Assembly: GCA_021513695.1 (NCBI GenBank)
Contig: CP084166.1
Coordinates: 2,848,001 to 2,912,000 of the forward strand
DNA from: Candidatus Heimdallarchaeum aukensis
GTDB taxonomy: Archaea; Asgardarchaeota; Heimdallarchaeia; Heimdallarchaeales; Heimdallarchaeaceae
Direction of reading: 5' to 3'
DNA length: 64,000 bases
Shown: positions 10,314 to 19,343 of the stretch, piece after piece
How positions within the stretch are numbered: position 1 is the first letter of the stretch
Layout of the letters: every line of letters starts with the position of its first letter
The notes under the pieces: generated by a model
Told to the model about the DNA's origin: nothing
What the model saw: only the letters and a program-made list of their open reading frames with translations
The model's database searches: none
Made by a program: the position numbers and the translations under genes

Positions 10314-10622
10314 TTATTTTAACAAGTCTTCTTCTTCAGGAAGTCGAACAGTATCAATGATTTGCTCACCAACTACGACTTCATCAACACTGTGGATGGA
10401 ACAACCATAGTCGCGTAAAGTTTCTTCTATTAGTTCATAGTCTAAATCTTGTCCAACCATAGTGACGATTATCCCTTCAGTACTTCTATCAGTTTCAGTT
10501 CGAATGATATTAATAGAATCTAACCCCTCAAGTTTGCCTAGATCAAGAGCTAAGACGTCTATTCTAGGCTGATGAGGTTTCAAAACGTCCAATACTAATC
10601 TTCTAATTCTTGGATCCTTCAT
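10314..10622 (-). CDS. DUF211-like small archaeal protein
   Basis: 102 aa. IRRLVLDVLKPH...HSVDEVVVGE pattern is typical of the archaeal DUF211/COG1888 family as I recall it. No enzymatic motif. Confidence 0.4.
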   Translation of the reverse strand: MKDPRIRRLVLDVLKPHQPRIDVLALDLGKLEGLDSINIIRTETDRSTEGIIVTMVGQDLDYELIEETLRDYGCSIHSVDEVVVGEQIIDTVRLPEEEDLLK

Positions 10623-10725
10623 TTTCTTTTACCAGTTAAATGTTTAGTAATAAACAAGAAAAAATCAAGAATATAAGTATTATTATTTATAGATAAGCAT
10701 TTTTTATGTATAAGAAAAGAAAAAG

Positions 10726-11523
10726 TTATTTAGAAAGTTTTAGTTTGAAAATTCCTGGAAAGTAATACTGACCCGTTTCTTCATCCTCAACTGCCAAACC
10801 AATCTCTGCCATCTTAGACAAAGTATCAACCGCACGCTCTGAAGACCAACCTAAATGTGATACAAGAATATCTCTAGTCAAAAATTCTAACCCTGTAGCT
10901 AACTGAAGAACAGCGCGAAAATCAGAAGAAGTTTCTAAAGGCTTGAATCTGATTAATACTTCATCATTTCCAAGATCAATTTCAGGTGGAATAACTTTAT
11001 CTTTCTGTAGAGAACGAATAGCTCGAATAATATGACTGGGACTAACTTCCCAGTTAGGACGAGTCTCCTTGAAATAATCAATGAAATTACCTAAAGTAAT
11101 AGCTCCACCAAATTCTTCTAATTCCTCATTACCTATTATTAGTATTTCTTGTCTAAGTTTTTGTTCGAAACCTTTACTGCCAAAAAGAACAGGAGTTTTC
11201 ATTTTTCCTGCAGTACCAATTGAACCAGTAAGTCCAGCTTGTTCTCGCAATTGCATGATTTTGTTAACTAAAAGTTTCGAAGACTTTAGAAGCTTCTTTG
11301 AATCCTTTTCAACTTTAATAATTCCTTCTTTAAGAATCTCTTTTCGTTTTTGTTTATCTTTCTCCTGAGTGGAAACTAAATCAGTATCAAACGCTTTATA
11401 CGCTTGTGAAAGAGAAGAACGAAAATCTTCATCAGAAATTTCTCTAACTTCCTTTTTTTCGTCTTCTGTTTCTTTCTTTCCTTTTCTTTTACCCATCAGT
11501 ATCAAGAGAAAATAAACAAGCAT
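10726..11523 (-). CDS. ESCRT-II Vps22/EAP30-like protein (tandem winged helix)
   Basis: C-terminal 150 aa align by eye to human VPS22/EAP30. Matching pairs: IIRAIRSLQKDK vs LIRAIKKLKALG, DFRAVLQLATG vs DHTVVLQLAEK, WSSERAVDTLSKMAEIGLA...YYFPGIF vs WETERARQVLEHLLKEGLA...HYWLPALF. Lys/Glu-rich N-terminus. Confidence 0.6.
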   Translation of the reverse strand: MLVYFLLILMGKRKGKKETEDEKKEVREISDEDFRSSLSQAYKAFDTDLVSTQEKDKQKRKEILKEGIIKVEKDSKKLLKSSKLLVNKIMQLREQAGLTGSIGTAGKMKTPVLFGSKGFEQKLRQEILIIGNEELEEFGGAITLGNFIDYFKETRPNWEVSPSHIIRAIRSLQKDKVIPPEIDLGNDEVLIRFKPLETSSDFRAVLQLATGLEFLTRDILVSHLGWSSERAVDTLSKMAEIGLAVEDEETGQYYFPGIFKLKLSK

Positions 11524-11751
11524 TATTTAAAAAACTATTCAATTCGAAAAATGAATGTTTTTTAAAATCTAAAAAATAATTAACCGTTTCTAGCAGCTCT
11601 AACCAATTTCTGTTAAATCCAAACATTAAAAACATTTGTAGCTAAAGAAGCTTTAAGTCTAAAGAATATTAAAATTAGGATTTAAAAATATAAAAACAAA
11701 AATCAAAAATAGTATTAATAAATTAGAACATAAATAAATAAACAATTTATA

Positions 11752-13119
11752 GTGATGCTTATGAAAAATATACAAATTACTGCTTACGGCGCAACCAACT
11801 TCGTAGGAAGAAGTGCTTTTACAATAAGCGATAAAGATAGAACAGTGATGTTAGACTGTGGAATAGAACTAGTGCCAAAGAAACTGTCTATAGCACCAAA
11901 GGGTGTAGATGCAATAGCCAAAAATGTAGACGCTTTTTTGCTCAGCCATGCACATATCGACCATTCAGGATATGTTCCTAAACTAGCTCAGAAAGGGTAT
12001 AAGGGAAAATTCTATATGACCCATCCAACAAAAGATATAGTTTTTAGATTATGGTTAGATCATCTGAAAATAGAGGGAGAAAGACATTGGACAGAAGATG
12101 ATCTGGATAAAACATTCAATAGAATAGTAACGAAAAAATATCATGAAAAATTCAAAATAGTAGATGGAATAACTGCAGAATTCATAAATGCTGGACATAT
12201 TTTAGGTGCAGCACAAATTTTAATAGATTGGGACGGGCAATTAATATTATATTCAGGAGATATAAACGACAGACAAACACCTTTCTTTGATGGATTTGAA
12301 TATCCTGAAGAAGAAGTAGATATACTAATTACAGAAAGTACAAATGGAGATAGATATGTCCCAGAGAGAAAAAAGATAGATGTAGGTTTTAGATTACTTT
12401 CAAAACAAGTAGCAGAAAGCGGAAATAAGATGCTTCTACCCAGTTTTGCAGTAGGAAGATCACAAGAACTACTAACAACTCTAGCTTTTGATGATGACAT
12501 CGACGATGTTCCAATATATACTGATGGAATGATAAATATGATGAATACTTTGACTGAAGCATATTTAACAAAAGATTGGGTGTCTGACAGATTTCTAAAA
12601 GAATTGAAAAGTAGAAAAATGAATTCACCATTTAATAAAGAGAATATTATCCCAATAAATAGAGCTCAATCTCCTCATCAATTCAGAAGACAAATAGCTA
12701 AAAGTAAAGAAGGAGCAATCATAGTAACAACTTCAGGAATGCTAGAAGGAGGACCAATACATACTTACTTGGATTACTGCGCAGGAAATGAAAATAACAC
12801 ACTAGGTTTCACAGGATATCAAGTAGAAGGAACAATAGGAAGAGAATTATACGATGGAGCAGAAGAAATAACAATATTTAACGATAGAAGATTCAACAAC
12901 CCGAAAAAAATAAAGGTAAAATGTAAAATAATGAAATTCCCGTATTCAGGACATAGTTCAGCAGAAGGACTAGCAAAATATGTGAAAAAAATAAATGCAA
13001 AGAAAGTTATTCTTGTCCATGGAATAGAAAAAAACCAATTGTATCTAAGAAACTTAATGAAAGAATATTCTCATCCAATAACTCTGGAAGAAAAAAAGCC
13101 AGAAACAATTAGAATATGA
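11752..13119 (+). CDS. metallo-beta-lactamase fold beta-CASP ribonuclease family protein
   Basis: LLSHAHIDHSGYVP HxHxDH motif near the N-terminus. 455 aa without a KH domain. Architecture resembles an aCPSF2/RNase J-like beta-CASP protein. Confidence 0.6.
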   Translation: MMLMKNIQITAYGATNFVGRSAFTISDKDRTVMLDCGIELVPKKLSIAPKGVDAIAKNVDAFLLSHAHIDHSGYVPKLAQKGYKGKFYMTHPTKDIVFRLWLDHLKIEGERHWTEDDLDKTFNRIVTKKYHEKFKIVDGITAEFINAGHILGAAQILIDWDGQLILYSGDINDRQTPFFDGFEYPEEEVDILITESTNGDRYVPERKKIDVGFRLLSKQVAESGNKMLLPSFAVGRSQELLTTLAFDDDIDDVPIYTDGMINMMNTLTEAYLTKDWVSDRFLKELKSRKMNSPFNKENIIPINRAQSPHQFRRQIAKSKEGAIIVTTSGMLEGGPIHTYLDYCAGNENNTLGFTGYQVEGTIGRELYDGAEEITIFNDRRFNNPKKIKVKCKIMKFPYSGHSSAEGLAKYVKKINAKKVILVHGIEKNQLYLRNLMKEYSHPITLEEKKPETIRI

Positions 13120-13260
13120 TTTCTACTATAATTTTAATAATTTTTCTTTTAGAAATGAGTTAGATTTTTGTTCTCTTTCTAATTATAAGCCACTTTTTTA
13201 AGTTTAAAATAAAAACGAAAAAATCGCAGAATAAACAGTAAGAAAGTAGATTCTTGTTGA

Positions 13261-13307
13261 TGTTTACAAATAACTGTATACTCAACTCACATTTGTTTAC
13301 AAATAAC
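13261..13307. promoter_or_regulatory. two perfect 14-bp direct repeats TGTTTACAAATAAC upstream of the large beta-helix gene
   Basis: Copies at 13261-13274 and 13294-13307, 33 bp centre-to-centre. ~110-155 bp upstream of the ATG at 13417, inside a 297-bp intergenic region. Confidence 0.3.
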
Positions 13308-13416
13308 AGAAAAAGTTAATTATTGATTTATTCATTATCAAGTGATTCAAATTTAAAAGCTTGAAAATGTTCAATAAACATTTACAATTTAATGTTAGAG
13401 TCTGTAGGGTTGAAAA

Positions 13417-16068
13417 ATGAAAAGAATAACAACATATAGACAGTTAGGTTTGGTGCTAATATTAATAGCAACTACAACTTTCTTACTTTATCTTTCGACT
13501 CATAAAGAGGAAAATATGGTCCTGCAATCTAATAAAATAACAATAGATTCAATGTCTGGCGTAAATTCAGATGAAAATAGAACTGTAAAAAAAGCTTATT
13601 CAGTTCATTCTCCTATTCTTATTGAGTCTGATGATGATCTTACAGGTTTTCCAGGTTTAGGAACAAAGGATGACCCCTATGTCATTGAAAACTACAATAT
13701 AACTGACTCTACAACTCATGGTATAAAGATATCTGGGACTACAAAGTATATTCTTATTCACGATTGTTATCTTAATGGGGGAGGTTCAGGTTCATCATTT
13801 TATGGTATTTATATTGACTCTACTACAGATGGAACTATAACTGTGACTAACAACACAATAAGCAACTATGCTACTGGTATTTACCTTTCTTCTTGTTCTA
13901 ATAACTCCTTTACTTTTAATATAATAACGAATAGTAATAATGACGGCTTATATCTCTCTTCTAGCTCTAACAATACTTTTTCTTCTAATACAATAACAAA
14001 CAGTGACGATGATGGAATAACTATCTCTTTTAGTTCTGGTAACACACTCACATTTAATAATATAACAAATAATAACGGTGAGGGAATTTATTTTTCTTTT
14101 AGTTCAAATAATAACCTTGCTTCAAATATTATAGCAGAGAATATTAATTATGCAATAGATCTCTATTCTAGTTCAAGTAATACTTTTGTAAAAAACTTAT
14201 TTATCAAAAATAATCAAGGAGGTTCGTCTCAAGCTAGTGATAGTGGAACAATTAATAAATTCTATACTGATATAACTGGAAACTATTGGTATGATTGGAA
14301 TGGAACAGGAATATATGCGATAGATGGTTCAGCTAACAACTTTGATCCTTATCCTATGCATGTAGACCTTGATCGAGATGGTATGCCTGACAAATGGGAA
14401 GAAGATAATGGATTAAACACTAATATCAATGATTCTGCAGAAGATCTCGATAGTGACGGTTTAACTAATTTAGAAGAATACACTAGCAACACTAATCCTA
14501 ACTACTCTGACACTGATTCAGATGGCTTATCAGACGGAGAAGAGGTTCACACTTATTTTACTGATCCACTTGATTTTGATACTGACGATGATGGATTATT
14601 GGATGGTGAAGAAGTTAAAACCTATTCTTCAAATCCCAACAATCCAGATACTGATTCGGATGGTATGCCTGATGGTTGGGAGGTGAATTATGGTTTAAAC
14701 CCCTCAAATGATGAGTCTACAGAGGATTTTGATGGTGACGGTTTAAGTAACGTTGCTGAGTATTCTCACAATACTGACCCTACTAACCCTGATACTGATA
14801 ATGATGGCTTGTTCGACGGTCAGGAAATTAATACTTATGGTACTGATCCTACTAACCCTGATACTGACGGCGATGGTTTATCTGATGGCGAAGAGGTTGA
14901 TGTTTATGGTACAGACCCTCTTAATCCAGATACAGATAATGATGGTGTATCTGATGGTGAAGAAGTAAGTAAAGGAAAGAATCCAAAAGGTTCTTCTCTT
15001 TTTGCATATTTGTTCTCTTCACTTGCTAGTTCTATAATTACTATAATAGTTTTAGTGTTAGTAATTACAATCATTATCGCTTCTATAGTCGATATAATGA
15101 AGAAAAAAAAGAATAAACAGATGGATGAAACAAAGAAGCAAAAGATAACGAAAATAACGAAAAAAAAGAAAATAGGGTTGAAGTTCTTTAATGAGAAAAT
15201 AGATTCACTCGAAAATGAGTGGTCATGGGTAGAAAGAGAACAAAAAAGCGGTCAATCTTTATTCGATACAGCTTTTTCTGAGAAAATATCTGAACTATTT
15301 GTAGAATTAATTGAGACATTAATAGGATTTAATTACGCTTTTACAAAAGATGTAAAGTATCTAACAAACCTTGATTGGTTAAGCGCAAAAAAAAGACTAA
15401 ATAGCTTAGTTGACCAATTCAGAGCTTTATTGCTCAAAGAGCTAGAAGAAATTGATATTGATACAAAATTTGAAGAAATAAATAATGAATTGACAAAGAT
15501 AACTTTAGAAAATATTGAGAAACCCTCTGAAGATAAATTATTACAACCATTTGACGTTTTACTTGATACACTTGTAAAAATTGACAAGAATATAAGAAAA
15601 ACTGAGTCATTTATTGACGAATTCACTTTTTCTAAACTGACTTCTTACTGGGGAAAACTGTCTGACATTATAGTTACAGTAAAATCAGAAGTTGAAAATA
15701 AAAGAAGTGAGGTAAGGAAGAATATCAAAGAAGTAAAAGAAGTATTTACTGATAAAAGGATGAACCTTGAAAGGTTAGAGACCCTTAATAAAGTAGTTTC
15801 AGTCTATAAACAGATTTCACTTTCCAAACTAGCTTACTTGCTCAAATTTTCATCTAACTCTGCCCTAATTTACTGGATGTCAAAGCAAAATTTGGATTTT
15901 TCTTATAGGATTGTTGATGATGAGATAATTTTTGAAAAACAGGAAGAAGGAGAAAAAGAAGAAGGAAAAGAAGAAATAGAATACGATAGTGAAGTGGCTG
16001 ATGCAATAGACTCTCTATTAAGACAATACGATGAATGGTCAAAAGGTGATGAAGGAAAAAAGATTTAA
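13417..16068 (+). CDS. type I membrane surface protein with parallel beta-helix repeats, nine TSP3-like Ca-binding repeats, one TM helix and a long cytoplasmic tail
   Basis: N-terminal signal/TM LGLVLILIATTTFLLYL. PbH1-like repeats such as NNTISNYATGIYLSSCSNNSF and ITNSNNDGLYLSS. Nine DxDxDGxxDxxE repeats, for example DTDSDGLSDGEEV. TM helix IITIIVLVLVITIIIASIV followed by KKKKNK. 340-aa coiled-coil tail ending in a winged-helix-like LSKLAYLLKFSSNSALIYWMSKQ. Confidence 0.7.
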   Translation: MKRITTYRQLGLVLILIATTTFLLYLSTHKEENMVLQSNKITIDSMSGVNSDENRTVKKAYSVHSPILIESDDDLTGFPGLGTKDDPYVIENYNITDSTTHGIKISGTTKYILIHDCYLNGGGSGSSFYGIYIDSTTDGTITVTNNTISNYATGIYLSSCSNNSFTFNIITNSNNDGLYLSSSSNNTFSSNTITNSDDDGITISFSSGNTLTFNNITNNNGEGIYFSFSSNNNLASNIIAENINYAIDLYSSSSNTFVKNLFIKNNQGGSSQASDSGTINKFYTDITGNYWYDWNGTGIYAIDGSANNFDPYPMHVDLDRDGMPDKWEEDNGLNTNINDSAEDLDSDGLTNLEEYTSNTNPNYSDTDSDGLSDGEEVHTYFTDPLDFDTDDDGLLDGEEVKTYSSNPNNPDTDSDGMPDGWEVNYGLNPSNDESTEDFDGDGLSNVAEYSHNTDPTNPDTDNDGLFDGQEINTYGTDPTNPDTDGDGLSDGEEVDVYGTDPLNPDTDNDGVSDGEEVSKGKNPKGSSLFAYLFSSLASSIITIIVLVLVITIIIASIVDIMKKKKNKQMDETKKQKITKITKKKKIGLKFFNEKIDSLENEWSWVEREQKSGQSLFDTAFSEKISELFVELIETLIGFNYAFTKDVKYLTNLDWLSAKKRLNSLVDQFRALLLKELEEIDIDTKFEEINNELTKITLENIEKPSEDKLLQPFDVLLDTLVKIDKNIRKTESFIDEFTFSKLTSYWGKLSDIIVTVKSEVENKRSEVRKNIKEVKEVFTDKRMNLERLETLNKVVSVYKQISLSKLAYLLKFSSNSALIYWMSKQNLDFSYRIVDDEIIFEKQEEGEKEEGKEEIEYDSEVADAIDSLLRQYDEWSKGDEGKKI
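14365..14967 (+). repeat. in-frame tandem coding repeats encoding thrombospondin type 3-like calcium-binding motifs
   Basis: Repeated nucleotide blocks. cctactaaccctgatactgataatgatggc at ~14776 matches cctactaaccctgatactgacggcgatggt at ~14845 with a period of ~69 bp. Encodes YGTDPxNPDTDxDGxSDGEEV units. Confidence 0.7.
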
Positions 16069-16322
16069 TTTTCCCAAAATCGAAAGATTTAAACTTATTT
16101 TTTGTGTTTTTTTAAATTTCTATAATAATTTACTTAAATGTTTGAAATAATCTACAATATTTATCTTGACAGCAGTAAGTTAATGTATTTTGCCGTTAGC
16201 CAGTAAGTTTCTGATGATTAGCAATGAAAGTTGTGATTATTTTGCTGAAAATAATACAATTTTAATTTCTAGATATATTCTTTCGATAATTTTACATACT
16301 CTCTTGATTTTCGTTATTTAAC

Positions 16323-16967
16323 ATGACATTAACAGATTTTCCTTATATTCAAGTCGCTTTGGATATTATTGATTTAAAATTTCTTGAAAAGGTTTTATCT
16401 CTTCTTCCTAGCAGTAATAAATTGCTTATCGAAGCAGGGACTCCTCTGATTAAAAAATTCGGTTCGGGAGTGATTAATACCATTCGACAATATTTCCCTG
16501 ATTCTTATGTTATTGCAGATATGAAAACTTTGGATGTTGGAGAAATTGAAGTAAAGATCTGTTCAGATGATGGAGCAAATGCTATGGCTGTAAGTGGATT
16601 AGCTCCTTTAGAGACAATTGTTTCTTCTATTAAAGCTGGAAAAGAGAGGAATATTGATATCATTTTAGATTTAATGAATGTAGCTGAACCGCTGAAATTA
16701 CTTTCAGAGCTTCATGAACTTCCTAAAATAGTTCTTTTTCATAGGGGAATAGATCAAGAAGGTAATATGGACCATCCTTGGGATTTAATCCAACAAATAA
16801 GAAAAGATTTTCCACAAGTTTTAGTCGCAGTAGCAGGTGGATTAAACCTTGACTCCAGTGCAAAAGCTCTTTCTAAAGGCGCTCAAATTATTGTTGTTGG
16901 AAGAGCAATAACCGCTTCTGAGAATATAACTAAAAGTTGTAATGATTTCTTGAAGCTTCTTGAATAA
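16323..16967 (+). CDS. 3-hexulose-6-phosphate synthase-like (OMP decarboxylase-fold) enzyme
   Basis: YIQVALDIIDL...LIEAGTPLIKKFG...IADMKTLDVGEIEV...IILDLMNV aligns well to HPS/KGPDC family. B. subtilis HxlA has LQLALDL...VVEIGTPVV...LADLKIMDAGGYEV...ILVDMINV. 214 aa. Confidence 0.75.
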   Translation: MTLTDFPYIQVALDIIDLKFLEKVLSLLPSSNKLLIEAGTPLIKKFGSGVINTIRQYFPDSYVIADMKTLDVGEIEVKICSDDGANAMAVSGLAPLETIVSSIKAGKERNIDIILDLMNVAEPLKLLSELHELPKIVLFHRGIDQEGNMDHPWDLIQQIRKDFPQVLVAVAGGLNLDSSAKALSKGAQIIVVGRAITASENITKSCNDFLKLLE

Positions 16968-16991
16968 AAAAAGTTAATAGAAAAAGAAGTT

Positions 16992-18278
16992 TTATTGTAA
17001 TTTTTCTCCTTTTTTTGAATTATAGATTGTTGCTACGATTATTGTTAAAATAAGTACTACACCCACAATAGATGCATAAAGCCAAGGTAAGTTATAGCTT
17101 ATATTGAAGAGTACTCCTGAAACATAAGAAGTGGAAGCATAACCCAAAAAGAACAGGGTAGTTGAAATGGAGTACAGGAGAGAGAAATGTTCTTTTGGTA
17201 ATTCAAAGGTGTAAATGGTAAAAATTACTGGAAAGAATAGAGCTTGAGCAATATTCTTTACAAATAGAAATGTAGCATAAAGAGCTACTGATTCGTAATA
17301 GAAGTAAAATAAGATCAAATTAAAAGTAGTTAGTAATGAAGCAATCAAAAGAAGGTAGTAAGTTAAATTTGGTCTTTTAGAAACCAATAGCCCTACAAAA
17401 GGAGAAATAACAATAAAGCTCAGTTGTGAAAGTCCTAATAGGGTACCAACTAGACTTTCAGATAAGTTTAGGACATTTTTTCCATAAATAGAAAAAAGAG
17501 GGTTAGTTAAACCTGCAATTACTCCATATAAAGCGAAACCAAAAGAGAAAAAGATAAAAATTTGAGAAGTAAGTAATTTAAACTTAAATTTAGTTTTTTT
17601 CTTTCCTTGTTTTACATCTATTCTTCTAGTGAAATGGCGTAGTTCTGCTTTTCCTTCGATAAATAGCAATTTAAACACAATCATTCCCACGATTGCAACA
17701 GCAACAATGACTATTAAGAGAACAATTGGTGGAAGATAATTTAAAACAAAACCTAAACCCACTGTTCCTACAAGGTTACCTAATCTTCCAAAACTTGAAA
17801 TTAGAGAGTTATATAGTCCTTTATATTTTGATCTCAGGTCAGAAACTATTAATCTGCTACTAAGACTATACATGTTGTTACTTATACGAAGAACAACAAA
17901 CAGTAAAGAAACTAAAACAATGTTAGTAGTAAAAATTAATCCTCCAACACCTATGATCATAAGAACAAATGATGTCATAACAGTTAATTTTCTTCCATAT
18001 TTTTCTAATAACCAAGCTGTAGGAATACGAGCAAAAATACCAGCAAAAGTATAAATTGTAACAATTAATCCCCATTCTAAAGCTATTTGTTCTGCAGATT
18101 TAGTAGTCACTTTTTGTAAATAAAGAGGATAAAGTTGTTGTAGAGCCATTAGGACAAAAAAACCGATGAATTGTGAAACTAAAAAAGGGATGACTTCTCT
18201 TGTTTCCTCTGTTTTCATAATTTTAAATAAAGTTAAATCTATCTCTTCTTCCTCTGTAGGGATAATGGGTTCAGTCAT
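16992..18278 (-). CDS. major facilitator superfamily transporter
   Basis: 428 aa with about 12 predicted TM helices. MFS motif-A-like LLEKYGRKLTVM between TM2 and TM3. Confidence 0.55.
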   Translation of the reverse strand: MTEPIIPTEEEEIDLTLFKIMKTEETREVIPFLVSQFIGFFVLMALQQLYPLYLQKVTTKSAEQIALEWGLIVTIYTFAGIFARIPTAWLLEKYGRKLTVMTSFVLMIIGVGGLIFTTNIVLVSLLFVVLRISNNMYSLSSRLIVSDLRSKYKGLYNSLISSFGRLGNLVGTVGLGFVLNYLPPIVLLIVIVAVAIVGMIVFKLLFIEGKAELRHFTRRIDVKQGKKKTKFKFKLLTSQIFIFFSFGFALYGVIAGLTNPLFSIYGKNVLNLSESLVGTLLGLSQLSFIVISPFVGLLVSKRPNLTYYLLLIASLLTTFNLILFYFYYESVALYATFLFVKNIAQALFFPVIFTIYTFELPKEHFSLLYSISTTLFFLGYASTSYVSGVLFNISYNLPWLYASIVGVVLILTIIVATIYNSKKGEKLQ

Positions 18279-18399
18279 TAATATAAAGAAAAATATTCAT
18301 TTAAAAAATGTTTTTAACTAGCAAAAAAAAGAAAGACTAGTTTAATTTGAAAACTTAATCTCTCTTAAATATCTTCTACTGTAATTCGAGAAATAAGTA

Positions 18400-19302
18400 T
18401 TAAGCAAGGAGTTCATTAAGAATTCTTGTAGATAATTCATCTGCTTCAGGAGAATCTGTTAGAAAATCTATCTCTGAGGGGTCATTAATGCCTAGGTTAA
18501 GCTCAACAGCTCTTTTTATTTGTTCTTGTTCAAAGATTCTTCCTTGAGAAACTTCTGGGGTTGTCCCGTGAATTCTCAGAATAGCTACTCCAACAGCATC
18601 AATAGCAATCTTATCTGTTCCAGCGATTACTACCTTCGCATGTTTGACAGTACCTTTATCTGGTCCTCCATCAACGAAAATATCTACTCCATCCATTACA
18701 ATGAGATCTGGAGAATATTGAGTGTTTATTTCAGCAATCATCTTTCGTTGATGCGGTGAAGAATGAAGTTCTTTCATGTAAGAATTTCCATCGAGGTTTC
18801 TACGTGGAACTAATCCTGTAGCAAGTTTAAGTGAAAGAGTAAAATGTCCTCCATATTGATGAGTTTTAATACAACCAAATTCAACTATACACTCTGCTTC
18901 ATAATATAATTTAGAGAAAAGAAAACCATTTTTCCAGTGACTATCTTTTGGTGTCACATGAACATACTCTTCTATTGGTACTTCAGCAAGATTAACAAGC
19001 TTTACTCCTAGTTCTTCTGCTATAGGTTGCACTCTTTTTATAAAAGCTTCATTAGTGTCTGCGGGTCCACTTCTCTCGGCTACTGTAATAGATTTTGCTC
19101 CCATATCTTGGAGTTTTTTAAGGAAAACTCTAAGCGCTCCTAAATCAGTTGAAGCGGGGGGAGGATCTGCTGTATTAAAGTTAGGTTTGAAGATAACATC
19201 CTTTCCCTTTACTGGATTAATTCCAAGCAAATCTATTACTTTTAATACTCCTTCTTCTCTATTCTCGGTTACAACAATTGCAACTTTTGTCATTGAAATC
19301 AC
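18400..19302 (-). CDS. DUF362-like protein
   Basis: 300 aa. IFKPNFNTADPPPASTDLGALRVFLKKLQDMGA pattern resembles DUF362 family proteins. No cofactor motif identified. Confidence 0.35.
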   Translation of the reverse strand: MISMTKVAIVVTENREEGVLKVIDLLGINPVKGKDVIFKPNFNTADPPPASTDLGALRVFLKKLQDMGAKSITVAERSGPADTNEAFIKRVQPIAEELGVKLVNLAEVPIEEYVHVTPKDSHWKNGFLFSKLYYEAECIVEFGCIKTHQYGGHFTLSLKLATGLVPRRNLDGNSYMKELHSSPHQRKMIAEINTQYSPDLIVMDGVDIFVDGGPDKGTVKHAKVVIAGTDKIAIDAVGVAILRIHGTTPEVSQGRIFEQEQIKRAVELNLGINDPSEIDFLTDSPEADELSTRILNELLA

Positions 19303-19343
19303 TTTTTCTAGTAAACTAAAATATTAAGAAAACTTCTTTAATC

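Noticed and set aside
14365-14967. Possible CRISPR-like regular repeats
   Set aside because: The ~69-bp periodic repeats are in frame inside a CDS and encode TSP3 calcium-binding units. There are no unique spacers and no cas genes.
16172-16210. Short direct repeat CAGTAAGTT x2 upstream of the hexulose-phosphate synthase-like gene
   Set aside because: It is only 9 bp and sits in an AT-rich context, so chance recurrence is plausible. It is weaker than the 14-bp repeat at 13261-13307.
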